Shown here: positions 28,509-41,779 of the stretch, piece by piece | Position numbering within the stretch: the first letter of the stretch is position 1 | Layout of the letters: the number at the start of each line of letters is the position of its first letter | Source of the DNA: the human T2T-CHM13v2.0 reference genome, Homo sapiens | Reading direction: 5' to 3' (one strand) | Length of the DNA: 64,000 nucleotides | Assembly: GCF_009914755.1 (NCBI RefSeq) | Contig: NC_060946.1 | Program-made: the position numbers and the translations under genes | Notes under the pieces: generated by a model | The model's database searches: none | What the model was told of the DNA's origin: nothing | The model's input: the letters and a program-made list of their open reading frames with translations, nothing else

Positions 28509-31482
28509 CTAGGATGTGGGTGCCTGGTTACCAGAATTCTAAGTTCTGTGAGGGTATATCACCAAGGAAGTGAAGTCACTTCTTTAAGGTTCCGTATCCT
28601 CAGCCCCTTCCTTCCATAAGACCTACTCAGAACCCCCTGGGCTGCTGGCTGCTCACCCTCCCCCCAGGCCAGATCCTTACCTGTACACAGGTAAGTCCAC
28701 CCAGGGCCTGCTTGTACACGTGCTCCTGATGTGCACCTGGGACCTAGGAATCCACTTAGGGCCTGTGATCCAACAGGGGCCTAATGTTGTTTAAAAGTAA
28801 TTTTTATTATTCCTACAGGAAAGAAAAGGCCTTCTAGCAATAAGAAGCACAGTTTCACATCAAAAACATAAAAATGATCAAAATCTTGGGGAAGAAATGT
28901 ATCAATTTTAATCACTGAAATGTTAACTTTTGATAAATATTTAAGTTTATAAGGAAAAATAAAACCATGCTGATAAAACCACAGTTGTAGGGAATGCTAT
29001 AGAGTTTCTCCTTTGTGGTTTGAACACAGAAAGGTCCCACCTAGTTAGGCTCATAATTTTCTACCTTAATCTTCTTGTTCTTATGATTAATGGAAAAAAT
29101 ACCATGACAATGATGGTGATGATGGTTCAAGTACACACTGAGGTTTAGTGACAGAAACATCAGGTGCTCCCAGTTACAGTGCAGCTGTTCTTATTGGGGT
29201 GGGAAAATCAATCTTGTGTTCAGTATACACGGGAAGCAGGAGTACATGTGGATATGACCACATTTCACTGGACTTATATTTTAAACAGAAGATCTACAGT
29301 TTATTCTTCAAAAAATAATAACACTTGCCATGCAAAGTATATATATAAGATGTCTCAAATAATTGTACTTACATTGCATATGAAAGTGATACTATTTTGA
29401 TATGCTAGGTAAATAAAGTAAATTATTTAACTCATTTACTTCTTCCCTTTGTATTTTTAATGCGATGACTAGACATTCAGATTTCCATGAGGCTCACATC
29501 ATATTGTGAATGAACAGTGCTGGTCTGCACCCCTTCAGGTTACAGGGGCTGAGGAGTGACCTGGTGCAGGAAGCCCCATCTCCATCCATAGGACATTGGT
29601 GTGAACCCAGGGAGAGGCGCTGGTGTAAGAGAGATGAGAACACAGGTGTGAACCACCTGCTTGTGCAGGGGACTGAGCCTTCACATAAGTTGACACTTAA
29701 AAAGCCACCACACCCCACCCTTGTCAACAGGAAACCCATTCACATCTCCATCAGCCACACAATCTCCAAGATTCTTCAAAAAGTAATAACAATAGCCATG
29801 CAAAGTATATGATATATATCATAAATAATTGTACTTACATTATATATGAAAATGATACTCTTTTTGATATGCTAGGTAAATAAAATACATTATTTAAACT
29901 CATTGACTTCTTCTCTTTGTATTTATAACATGACAACTAGACAGTGGGATTCCCATGAGGCTCACATCATATTGTGATTGAACAAGGCTGGTCTGCAGGG
30001 CTTCAGGTTACAGGGGCTGTGGAGTGACCTGGTGCAGGAAGCCCCGTCTCCTTCCATAGGACATCAGTGTGAACCCAGGGAGAGGCGCTGGTATGAGAGA
30101 GATGAGAACACAGGTGTGAACCACCTGCTTGTGCAGGGGACTGAGCCTTCACTTGGAGCCAAAGTTTTCTTTCCCAGGTTCAATCCTGAACAAGAGGGCC
30201 TTCTGGACTTCTTTTTGTTTTCAGGCTTGTGCCCCTTCAGGTTTGGGGCTGTCTGGATCCCAGCCAGGGGACACTGAGGAAATCCAGGAGTCTCACACTG
30301 ACTGTTCTATTTCATCTGCTGGGGCCATCCCAAACTGCTGTGTACCATTTCCTTTCCTGGTGCTCAAATAGCTGCTCCATGCCCTTGTCATGGTTTCAGA
30401 GATGAATCTAGGTGGGAAGACAGGACAGTGTATGTTATAATATTTAAATGGAAGCTGAATCCATTAATATTTATTTTAATATGAAACATTAAAAGAATTT
30501 TGTCATAAGCAATGAGGAAAGAGGAAAAGATATTCAAGTTATTTTGAGAAAAAATAAAAATGTATTTATCAAATGTCTGTGTGTCTTCAGTGTCGCAGGG
30601 TTGAGAGCAGCCAGCTTTAGGTTGCCCTGAGGATGCGCTCAGATGGGAAAAAGCGAGAAAGCAGGAAACGCGTCTCTGTGACCTGACAGATAAATCACAG
30701 TAATGGAAATAAGTCTTTCAATAATTCAAACATTCACAATAAATATCACTCTGATGCACACAGAAAGGCCTGGTAACAAACTTTCCCTTTGACCTGCTGG
30801 CTCATATCCCCATGGATCACCTGTGTGCAGAGTGGACTCTCTGGTCCCCATTTCTCAGGCTGAGAACTAGAGGCTGGGAAGGACAAGTGGCCTGCTCATG
30901 AGTGGGAAGGGCGGGATTGGGAGCAGCAGACTCGGGCTCAGGACTCTGGCCCTGGTCAGTGCTCCTTGTTCCCTCCACAGGGTCCCTCCCACATGTGCCC
31001 GTGTGGATGTGGGTGCACTGCCTGGGGTGGCTGATGTGCTCCAGGGATTCAATGCGGCAGATGCTTCAGCACCAAAGGTAGGGAGTAGGGATGGGACGAG
31101 GCTGCAGCTGTGGAGACCAGGGACCCATGATGCCCAGCAGAGGTTTCCACGGGGTGGGTAGCCCCATTTCCTGACAGTAGAGACAGCCTAGAGGTGGGTG
31201 CCAAGCAGAGGGCACTGTGCCATGTGCCCAGGCCTGGAGGGCCACAGAGACACAGGCGCCACACAGCAGAGACACTGAGAGCCAGGAGCTCACTCAGGTA
31301 AGGGATGTCAGCAGATCTTTCTCTCCTGAGCAAATCAGGTACAAAAAAATTAAGATCCTGCCATCAGAATAGACAAACAGGGACTTTAATCTCCTCGGCT
31401 GAGCCCCGCTGTCCAGGGAAGAAGAAGTCTCTGAGCCCAGGCCCAGGTGAGGGTGGAGTGAGGAGAGGAGCTCAGGGTGCAG

Positions 31483-31490
31483 ATTTGCAT
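31483..31490 (+). promoter_or_regulatory. Ig promoter octamer (IGLV2-18)
   Basis: ATTTGCAT. Confidence 0.9.
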
Positions 31491-31590
31491 AAAGGCCCCG
31501 CCCTCCTCTGAGGCAGAGGGGATAAGACAGGGCTGGGGTCAGGCCCAGTGCTGGGATCTCAGGAGGCAGCTCTCTCGGAATATCTCCACC

Positions 31591-32060
31591 ATGGCCTGGG
31601 CTCTGCTCCTCCTCACCCTCCTCACTCAGGGCACAGGTGAGGCCTCCAGGGAAGGGGCTTCGGGGACCTCTGGGCTGATCCTTAACTCCTGCTCCTCAGG
31701 CTCACCTGGGCCCAGCACTGACTTACTAAAATGTGTTTCTTCCTTTTTCCAGGATCCTGGGCTCAGTCTGCCCTGACTCAGCCTCCCTCCGTGTCCGGGT
31801 CTCCTGGACAGTCAGTCACCATCTCCTGCACTGGAACCAGCAGTGACGTTGGTAGTTATAACCGTGTCTCCTGGTACCAGCAGCCCCCAGGCACAGCCCC
31901 CAAACTCATGATTTATGAGGTCAGTAATCGGCCCTCAGGGGTCCCTGATCGCTTCTCTGGGTCCAAGTCTGGCAACACGGCCTCCCTGACCATCTCTGGG
32001 CTCCAGGCTGAGGACGAGGCTGATTATTACTGCAGCTTATATACAAGCAGCAGCACTTTC
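31591..32060 (+). CDS. IGLV2-18: Ig lambda V gene segment (leader 31591-31636, V exon 31753-32060), functional
   Basis: [16 protein letters not shown] + [58 protein letters not shown]...[10 protein letters not shown]. Confidence 0.97.
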
Positions 32061-32099
32061 CACAGAGGTCCAAGTTCCTGGGGAACTGAGACCAAAACC
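32061..32099 (+). other. 23-RSS of IGLV2-18 (CACAGAG-23-ACCAAAACC)
   Basis: Counted directly. Confidence 0.93.
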
Positions 32100-32861
32100 T
32101 GCCCTGGGCTCTCAGGCCCCCTCCTTGCTCTGAAGATGCTTCCTCGCCCAGTGCAAGCGGCTTCCTGCAGTGCGGCCTTGAGAATTCTTCTCTCTCAGCT
32201 CCTTCCCTTTCCACCATGAATTCCAAAAGGAAACCCGCTCTGTGGTTTCTCATCCAGGACAGGGACAGCTTCCTGATGCTTGTGCGCTGTGGTCCCTCAA
32301 TGTGCAGCTCTTCCCAGCTCTTCAAATGCAGGGACAGTGACAAGGAGCTGCCTGAGTGGTGCAGTCACTGCTTTTTTCAGGGATGTCTTCACCCTACATG
32401 CATCACCATCCCCTACACTGTGGGTAGAATTTTAGCAACTACATTCTAATGGTTATCGCCACAACTTTGATCTTAAATAACAGTGCAGCGAACATCCCTA
32501 CGCAGACTCCTTTGAGTTCCTGTGTGAATATGACCACAGGATTCATTTCTAAAAGTGAAATTGCAGGTCAGAAAGATTGTGTGTTTGTAATTTTCACCCA
32601 TTGTTGTCAGATTCCCCTCCAGAGGGATTGTACCAATTTTCAATGCCAGCTGGAAGTACTTGTTCAGAGTACATTGTTGAAAGTGGAAATTTTTGCCAGC
32701 TTATCAGACAGAAAAATGTTACCTTGTTACAGTTTTATTTTTGAGTCTCCTGTTCTGCTTACATTTTGGCCCTTTCAGAAATAGTTCAGTACTTTTTCTT
32801 TTTTTAGGATTTAGTAAACTTTATAAAAAATATCCAGATAAGGAGAATTTTAGTGTTTGTG

Positions 32862-33005
32862 GGCAGGCACAGTGGCTCACACCTGTAATCCCAAGCACTT
32901 CGAAAGAGTAAGACAGGTGAATTGCTTGTTCCCAGGAGTTTGAGATTAGTCTGGGCCACACAGCAAACCCTCATCTCTATTAAATTAATGCAAATAAAAA
33001 TAAAT
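32862..33005 (+). mobile_element. Alu monomer (FLAM-like)
   Basis: ggcaggcacagtggctcacacctgtaatccc..caggagtttgag..catctctatt + A-rich tail; paralog at 56982. Confidence 0.75.
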
Positions 33006-34539
33006 TTTAAAAAGAATTATTTTAGTCTTTGTGGCCCAAGAATCAACTTTAGGGATATTACATAGGTACTTATAACATCATTTACAATGTAACCATTTAA
33101 AAAGATAAAAATCACTGTTATCTCTGGGCCATGCAAAAACAGTTGTCAGGCCAGGAGTGGCCACAGGATGTGGTTGAACGGTCCCTGGTTTGCAGAGTTA
33201 TCTGAATGTTGAAAATTCCACCAGCATATGATCTAGGTGGGGATCTCTCTGTGAGGGTCACTGTATTTCACCTCCTGTATTCGGCTGAGGTCTTTCCTTG
33301 GATAAGAACATGCTCACATCATCTATTTGATGGGCTCATGGGTTTGCCCAAGACAACCCTGTGTCACAATCACATAACTTTTATCTGCATTGCTTGTTCT
33401 GAGTTTTGGGAGAGCTTTAATATATCAGGAATAGACTCCTCCTAAGGGAAAAGTCTGAGGGATATGGATGGGCAAGGGGTCAAGAAAGCTTCTACCAAAG
33501 CTGGAATATCCAGGGCAGGCTCAGAGAGAAGGATCCTAATATCAGCATTTGACTGAAGCCAAAACCAGAAGAGAACATGGACGTTCTGAGAATAATAAGT
33601 AAATAAACAGTTTAAATTTTAAATGTATTGAATATTCTTATACTCCATGAAAATTCTAGAACGGAATTTAACAATGGGATAAGGAAGAGAGCTTGAGATG
33701 TTAAACTATAAAGACCACAAGGCAAGTTGCCAGGAAAAGAACAGGACCTTTTTAGTGGAAATAGGTTTCTGCTGCAAATTACCTTTCCTATGAAATTGGT
33801 TTTTAGGTATAAGGAAACATCCCATGGAACATTCTTCTTTCCTACAGTCAAGATCACCCTCACCCCACAAGGGAACCTCAATATCAAATAGAAAAAATAA
33901 TGCACTTTGTATAACCATTAGGAGAGTCTTTATTTGCACATCAAAATGAGGATGTTTAATGGTAACATTGGAAATAGTAGTTTAATATGCATAAGTGATG
34001 AATTTCTTTTGACTATACCATTTCTGTCTGTGATTTATCTTTCTTAATAGGGACATACTCTGTTCTTAAAACAATTTAACTTGTGTTATCTTTTGTTCTA
34101 TTATCTGTATCAGCTCTGTTTTTTTTTTCAAACACTGGCAAAGTTATTCCATGGTTAATGATTATTAAATTCAATTTATGGATATTTAGATTATTTAAAT
34201 TATTTCAAGAGTGGACAGATGTGATTTCCCCACATATACCTCACAGATGTTGCTGATGCTGACTTGTTCATCTCTTCCAACCTCTGCAAACAAAGTGGGA
34301 AATTGGATTTTTCTGAACACCCAGATGACAACGGGAGAGGAGGTGAAACCCCCCTAAAGCTGTTATCCTTTAACCCCTCATGGTGAATCTCCCATCCACA
34401 CTTGAGTTGGATGATATGTAAATGAGAGTTTGGTCTTAGAGTTGGTGCTGAGTTAGTTCAGGATTTGGGTTATTGGGATGGAGTGAATGTGCTTTACAAG
34501 TCAAAAACTATGAGTTTTTGTGTGCATAGGTTGGAGAGC

Positions 34540-34925
34540 TCTTGGCTGAATTGTGTCCCCCAGAATTATACAATGAAGTTCTAATGCACAGTGTGTGACT
34601 GAATTTGGAGACAGCCTTTACAGAGGTGATTAAGTGAAAATGAGGTCATGAGGGTGGCTTCTTCTCCAATCTGACTGGTGTTCTGAGAAGAGAAAATTTG
34701 CACACATAGAAATGAGACACTAGAGATGAGCATGCGGAGGAAAAACCATGTGATGACACAGCAAGGAGGTAGCCACCTGCAAGCCGAGGAGAGAGGCCTC
34801 AGGGAAAACCAAACCCACCAACACCTTTATCTTGACTCCCCAGCTTCAGAACTGTGAGAAAATAAGTGTCTGCTCTTTAGGCCAGCAGGTCTTTGGTATC
34901 TCATTAAGGTAGCACTAGCAAATGA
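34540..34925 (+). mobile_element. MaLR LTR (MLT1-like)
   Basis: Paralog of the 16500 element. Confidence 0.75.
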
Positions 34926-35531
34926 AAACAAAAGGGACCCCAAAGACCTTGGGTGCCAGAGAAGGAGGAGATGGAGGATGGTGCAGGAGGCGGGGCAGGG
35001 AGGGGCTGGAAGTTCAGGCTCTGAGGTGCATCTCTTGGGTGCAATCCTGACTCCACTCACTGCTGTCTGGGGACTTGGGGAAGAATCATTAACCTCCCAA
35101 TATTAATTCCATAATAAAGATTGGGTCTTGAGCATAGGGCTGCTCATCCTCCTATTCCATATGATGCAAATCTTCTTGAGGTCATGCTTGTAAAACACTC
35201 AGCAATGTATCTGGCATACACTATGGCCTCAGAAGTGGTTATTCTGAATTTTCTAGTGATACATAGAGAATGGCATTGTTCCTGTGGGCAGAGGAGGCAC
35301 TGTGGACCTTGGTTTGAGGACTCAGAAAGACACCAAGTCCTCTGGTAGTGCTCAAGTGCGAAGAGCGTCACAGATGCTTCCTCCCAGGCCCCTTCTATTG
35401 GGTAAAATTTACTCTCCACTCCTGACACCCATCTGGTCCTTCTTCTGACCTTAGCACATTATCAGTTTGAAGACTTAAGGCTCAGGGCTCAGATGGGAGC
35501 TAGGACAGGCACACTGGGGAATGCGGAGTAG

Positions 35532-35600
35532 ATTTGCATTCACTGCTCATCAGGGAGCCCACCCAACAAGGATACAAGAATAAAAGAAGTAGATTTGCAT
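35532..35600 (+). promoter_or_regulatory. Double octamer (35532-35539, 35593-35600) upstream of IGLV3-17
   Basis: Two exact ATTTGCAT, as in IGLV3-19. Confidence 0.8.
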
Positions 35601-35687
35601 GAAGAGCCTCTCCTTCCTATGATAAGAGAGGGCTGAAGGTCCCTCCCCGCTGTGGGCTCAGAGACAGAGCTCTGGAGCATCTCCACC

Positions 35688-36201
35688 GTGGCCTGGACCC
35701 CTCCCCTGCTCACCCTCTTCACTCTCTGAACTGCCTCCCAGGGCTCAGCCCCCAAAGGACCAGAGATCAGCCTGGACCTGAGCTTCAGCTCAGCACAGGG
35801 AGTGATGGAGAGTGTGGGGTCTGGGAATGACCCTCATCCTCATAATTACCTCTTCTGTCCTCTCTTGTAGGCTCTGTGGCTTCCCGTAAGCTGACTCCAG
35901 AGCCAGCAGTGTCTGTGGACAGTCAGCAAGGGTAACCTGCCAGGGAGAAAACCTAAGAAGCCATGGTACAAACTGGTACCAGCAGAACCCTGCCAGATGC
36001 CTGTGCAGGTCATACATGGTAACAACAACCAGCCCTCAGGGATCCCAGACCGATTCTCTGGCTCCAAGTCAGGAACACAGCCACCCTGACCATCACTGGG
36101 GCTCAGGTTGAACATGAAGCTGACTATTACCGTCACTCATGGGACAACAGTGGTACTCATCTCACAGTGACACAGACAGATTGGAAAGTGAGATCTAAAG
36201 A
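35688..36201 (+). pseudogene. IGLV3-17: IGLV3-19-like pseudogene: ATG>GTG, TGA in leader, donor lost, indels, YYC>YYR, RSS CACAGTG-23-ATCTAAAGA
   Basis: Homology to IGLV3-19 (ccctcagggatcccagaccgattctctggctcc); V exon 35871-36162; name from gene order. Confidence 0.88.
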
Positions 36202-37173
36202 CCTTCACTGTCTGTATCACCCTCTTTCTCCAGCCATAGCAGGACTGAGCAGGGCTGGCCCGGGTCACCTGGATCGAAGCCCTTCAGGCTGCCCTTCCCT
36301 CCAGCCCTCCCGGCAGACTGCAGAGAGTAGGTCAGGATAGGATTTGGGGCTGGCAGAACCAGGCTGTCCTGCTGTTATTTGGAATGGGTGTACCTTGGCT
36401 CAAGATGACCTGAGTGGAAGGACAGTAAGAGGGAGACAGCTACTGAGTGCTCATGGTCACTGAATTTCCTCCTGTGTGTTGACTGAACCCAAGACAGTGC
36501 CTCTACTCCGTGGCCCAAATACCCTGGATTATTTCTCTGAACTGCCCATGTTTAACTGAGACCCTCAAGTCCCAGCTTTGTGCATCCTGATGTTCTGAAC
36601 ATGGAAGCCTTTCATAATGTGCACTGTGACATCCTTCAGATTCCCATTTCAGGACTTATGCACCCACCATCCACCCAGGGCTGCAGGGAGGCCCTGGCTT
36701 CTCACAGCTCTTCCCCACCAGAAAATGCCATGCAGTACAGAGAATAGCTTTGCTCAAAGAATTGCCCATTTCAAAATGTGTTTCATGGACAGTGACTCCC
36801 TGATGCCTTAATCTGAAAGTCATGCTTTAATTTAAGACCCTGAATATCAAATTGAAGTGCCTTCTAGCTGAACACTCAATTGTAAAACATTCCCAGTCAC
36901 ACACTCCACACTTCTTTCCTGAGAATGTATCCTGAAACCCTACTGCATGGAATCCTCCCTCTCAGAGTAGGATTGCATGGAACTCAAAAATTAAAAACAA
37001 ACAAACAAACAAAAAACAGTCTAGAGGGAAAAGTATTGAAGAGGAGAGAGAGAGTTGCACAAGGAGACAACTCTGAAGTCTGCAAATATTCATGCACTGA
37101 AGAGCACTTGTGTGTACAGAAACTCCCTCTGAAAGAGAAAGACACTTGAGGGAACACTCCAAAGAGCACGCGT

Positions 37174-37174
<1 letters not shown>

Positions 37175-37208
<34 letters not shown>
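37175..37208 (+). repeat. (CA)n microsatellite
   Basis: Directly visible. Confidence 0.95.
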
Positions 37209-37209
<1 letters not shown>

Positions 37210-37319
37210 TCCAGTCACAGAGGAAAGGCCTGAGTTATGGGGCATGAGGTGGACTCATCAGAAGAGCTTCGGCTCAGTATTGGGGAAAATGTCGCCCTAG
37301 ACATAGGGCTACTCTGCTC

Positions 37320-39570
37320 TCAACTAAGAAAGTGTAGAAGCAAACTGAGAAAAGTTAAGACAGTTTCCAAGTAACTTTACTGAATCCAAAAATAAAAGAC
37401 GAAAATAGAGAAGAAAATGCAAAAGAATTATAAACTCAACAAAGAAAACTTCACAATGATTGGCATTCAATCAACATTTCCTGCAAGGAAAAAAGAAAAT
37501 ATATGCTCTAACACAGAGAAAAATGAATCAATCCAAAGTGGCAATAAAATTGCATACATGATAGATAGACCTTGTATGCAAAAATTTTGGAGCAATTCTT
37601 ATAACTCTTCTCCTTGCTCATGAGGATAGAGGATTGATTGAAGGTGTTAAGTGAAGAAATGGAAGGCATGAAGAAAAATCCAAGTTTAACTTTTAGAAAT
37701 GGTCTCTAAATATCTGCATTGAAAAAATGCACTGAATGAGAATGATTGCAGGTTAGGTGCTGTGAAAGAATAGATGAGTGAACTTGAAGACATGGCAATG
37801 GAAGCTATTCAAAAGTACAAAAAAAGTGAAGAGAGCACCAGTGAATTTCAGGACATCTTCAAGCTGACTTACTTGGTATAATTAAAGGCATGAAAGGAGA
37901 TAACATTGGTGAGGGGAGAGGAAAGGTAGAAAAGCCGTTTAAAGGAATCATGGCCAAAATTTCCCAAATTTGTTGAAAGCTAGAAACCTACTACTCCAAA
38001 AATCTTAACAAGTTACACACACACACACACACGCAAATAATACAACACCAATACTCATCATAATGATATTGCTAAAAAACTATGATAAAGACATACTTTT
38101 AAAAGTAGCCAGAGAGTAAAGACATGGTAGGTACAGGCGAACAACATAAGAAGAAGAACAGATTTCGTTTTCTTTGTAAAATTTTCTTCAACATCTGGGG
38201 GAACATAATAGATATATGTATTTGTGGAATACATGAGATATTTTGATACAGGCATGCAATGTGAAACAGTAACATCATGGAGAATTGGGTATCCATCCCC
38301 TCAAGCATTTATCCTTTGTGTTACAAACTACTCAATTACACTATTTTAGGTATTTTAAATTGTACAATTAAGTTGTTATCGATGTGCTATCAAATAGTAT
38401 TGACATAACTCTGATGTGCTATCAAATAGTAGGTCTTATTCATTCTTTCTATTTTATTTACCCATTAAGCATCCACAAATAAGAGCAGATTTCTTCTTAG
38501 AAGTCATGCGAGCAGGAAGCTCGCATGTGGAGCTATATTTATAAAATATTAAAAGAAAAAACTTACTACCCAAACCCATCTCCAGACCATGAATTTCTCT
38601 CTGGATATCGTATTAAAATATTGTCTCCTATCAAATCTCTATCAAAATACCAATGACATTCACAGAAGCAGAAAAAAAATTCTGTAACTGGTATGGAACC
38701 ACAAAAGCCCCTGAATAGCCAAGCAATACCAAACAAAAAACCCCAAGCTGAATATATCACATTATCTGAATCAAAATATACTACAAATTATGGTAACCAA
38801 AACAGGATCAATGGTATTGGCATAAAATCAGACATTGAGACTAATAAAATTGTATAGAACACACCAAAATAAATTCATGTATTTACATCCAACTGATTTT
38901 CAGCATAAATTCCAAGAACATACATTGAGAAAAGGACGCACTTTTCAATAAATGGTGCTGAGAAAGTGGATACCCGTATACAGAAGAATGGAACTAGACC
39001 CTTGTCTCTCTCCGTATACAACAATCAACTCAAAATCTATTAAAAACCCCAAGTATAAGACCCAAAACTATAAAACAACTAGGAGGGAACGTAGAGGACA
39101 CAGGGAAAGTTCTTCAGGACATTGGTCTAGACAAAAATTCCATAGCTAAGACTTCAAAAACACAGGCAACAACAAAAACTAGACATATGGGACTTCATTA
39201 AACTAAAAATCTTCTGAAAAGCAAAGGAAACAATCAACAGAGTGAAGACAACTTGTAGAATGAGAGAAAATATTTGCAAACAATTCAACTCAAAAGGACC
39301 TAAGATCCAGTATAAGAAAATAAGACAAGGAGCTGAAATAACTCATCAGAATAGAAAACAAATAATAACATTAAAAAGTGTACAAATGATATGAATAGAC
39401 TTTTCACAGTCAAAGACATACAAAAGGCCAATAGGTTAATTTAAAAATGCCCAATATCCCTAATCACCGGGGCATGCAAATCAAAACCTCCATGAGATAT
39501 CATCTCATCCCAGCTAGGACAGCTATCATTAAGAAGACAAAAAAATAACAAATGCTGGTGACGATGTAGC
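37320..39570 (+). mobile_element. Degenerate old L1 with antisense L1 3' end at ~38190-38480 (paralog of 19250-21415)
   Basis: Same architecture and strings as the first copy. Confidence 0.85.
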
Positions 39571-40289
39571 AAAAATAGAAGACAAAACCACATGGTCATC
39601 TCAGCAGTCACATCAAATGTTTTCATGTAAGGAAACATTACCATTTGCTGTTTTTCTAGTCTTCCTAGAGCACCATAAAAGATAAGACTAGTGGTGCCAA
39701 TACTGTAGAAAATGTTATTACATGCAGAGAATCTCACTATCCCATACCAAACTACATGGATTCTTACTGTTAAATGCTAAAAGATTACAACTCTGCATTT
39801 CCAAATGTTCTGGTGGTCAGAGACCACTTCCTTGACAAGTGATGAGTACGGTGATGTGAAAGGATAGTTAGCATTTACGCAGGTATTGGGTGAAGAATAG
39901 TGATATACACAGGAAAGCTTTCAAAGAGAGAAACACATGGAGGTTGGAACACAGAAGAGAACATAATATGTCTGAGAAATAAAGAAAGTCCAGACTCACT
40001 GGAGCTGAGTGAGAACAAGAAAAACGGCATGAACCATGTATTTCACTCTGGATATCTCATTAAAATATTGTCTCCTCCCCAACACACCACCGATGTGAAT
40101 TGTAAAAATGCCCGTTCTTAAATTATTTTTTGCACATCATGACAGGGTCAAGCATGTGAATCAAGCTGAGTTTGATGAGTCCAGGTCTGTCTGATGAGTC
40201 CAGACCCAGGTGGCCTCAGAAGGACTTGGTGGAACGAGGGCTTGTTGTCAAAAGTAGAGGAAGTGAGATTTTCCATTGTGGCTTAGACA

Positions 40290-40452
40290 AGAGATTCTTA
40301 AATTTCAGTGGACACACAAGGCCCCTGAGGGGTCTCGGTAAGATGTAGATGCAGCCTCAGCAGTTCTGGATGTGGCCCCAAATTCTCTGTGTCCAGCAAC
40401 TCCCAGGTGAGGCTGCTGCTGCTGGTCCTCCCAGGACCACACTTTGAATGGC
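40290..40452. mobile_element. MER5A-like hAT DNA transposon relic
   Basis: caactcccaggtgaggctgctgctgctggtcc..ggaccacactttga. Confidence 0.6.
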
Positions 40453-40548
40453 TTAGCTCTTATTCACCCACCTCACTCAAGCCACAGGTAAGACTCACAC
40501 AAGGAGAGCATATTCTAGAAGCACAGGTCACTTCTCACTCCTCCCCTT

Positions 40549-40964
40549 GTGTCTTAGATCCTTTTCTGTTACAACAAAGAAGTACCCAAGGCTGGGTAAT
40601 TTATAGAGAAAATAAAAGGTTTATTTGGCTCACAATTCCAATGGCCACAGAGTTCAAGATATGGCATCTGCTCTTGTTGAAGACCTCAGGCTGCTTCTAG
40701 TCATGGTGAAAGGTGAAGGGGAGCCAGTGTAGGCAGAGGTCAATGGGGGAGAGGAAGCAAGAGAGAAGAGGAAGATGCCAGGCTCTTTTAAATAACCAGC
40801 TCTTTCGGAAACAGTGGGAATTCACTCACCCCAAGTGAGGACATTAATCTATTCATGAGAGATCCACTCCCATCACCCTAAAAGCTCCCATTAGTTCCCA
40901 CCTCCAACACTGGGGATCCAATTTCAACATGAGATTTGGAGGCGACAAAGATCAAAGCCATAGC
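40549..40964. mobile_element. MaLR LTR (MST/THE1-like), near full length
   Basis: tgtcttag..ggctgggtaatttata..aaaggtttatttggctcacaattc..atttcaacatgagatttgg..ccatagca. Confidence 0.85.
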
Positions 40965-41779
40965 ACCCTGAGGTTTGGCCACGCACTTGCTCATCTCCAC
41001 ATTTGTCCCTCCCCTCATGACTGGGGTCCTGACCACTCTGACTCAGTCTCCCTCCACTTCATGGACACCTGGCAGTCGGTCATCATCTGTTTTGCTGAAT
41101 CAACAGCAGTATTGGGGGTATTCAACATTCCACATTTGTATTGTTTGAAAATTGCCCAATCTTAGGTGTTTTGTTATTGCTACACAAACAGACTAAGACA
41201 TTTACTATTTAATGGTTACATTTCATTCTCTTTTTATGAAATTTTGTTGCTAACAGGGACTTTCTGCTTGGTCAGAAGATTAACAATTGTGTCTCCTGGT
41301 TCCACCAGAAACAGAGTAGAGACCCACACAGCTGAGGTATGGGGTCATAGATTAAAACTAAGAGACATAAGATTGATTCTCAGGCTCCAAGTTTGGCAAG
41401 TGAGCTTCTTTGAGACTCCCTGGGATCTCAGCAGTCAGACTGATCATTATTGCTGTCCCAAACATCCTATGTGATACGGAAGTAATATCAAAACCCTCCT
41501 GAGATTCCTGACTTGTGTCCCGACATGAAGTCTGTTGGGATTCCTGTCATTCCTTCAAGATTGTTCAAATAAGCAGCAACAATCACTCTCATATGAGATA
41601 TGAAAAGAAGAATTCCACATGAACCAAACCCTGAAGCCCACACTGAAGTCTGCCAAGTTATCTGCAGTCCAGCGCGATGGAGGGAGCATTTTCGTGGGGA
41701 CTTTTGAGAGTATGGAGAAGGCCTGAGGAAACGAGGCTCAGCTATGGGTTCCAGAAACAAAGCTCTGGGATGTCTCCCC

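Larger units (their letters stand above)
29312..34565 (+). repeat. Segmental duplication, copy of ~54000-58790 (IGLV2-18 unit vs IGLV2-14 unit); 3' part also paralogous to 12244-16520
   Basis: Colinear high identity including V, RSS, FLAM and flanks. Confidence 0.93.
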
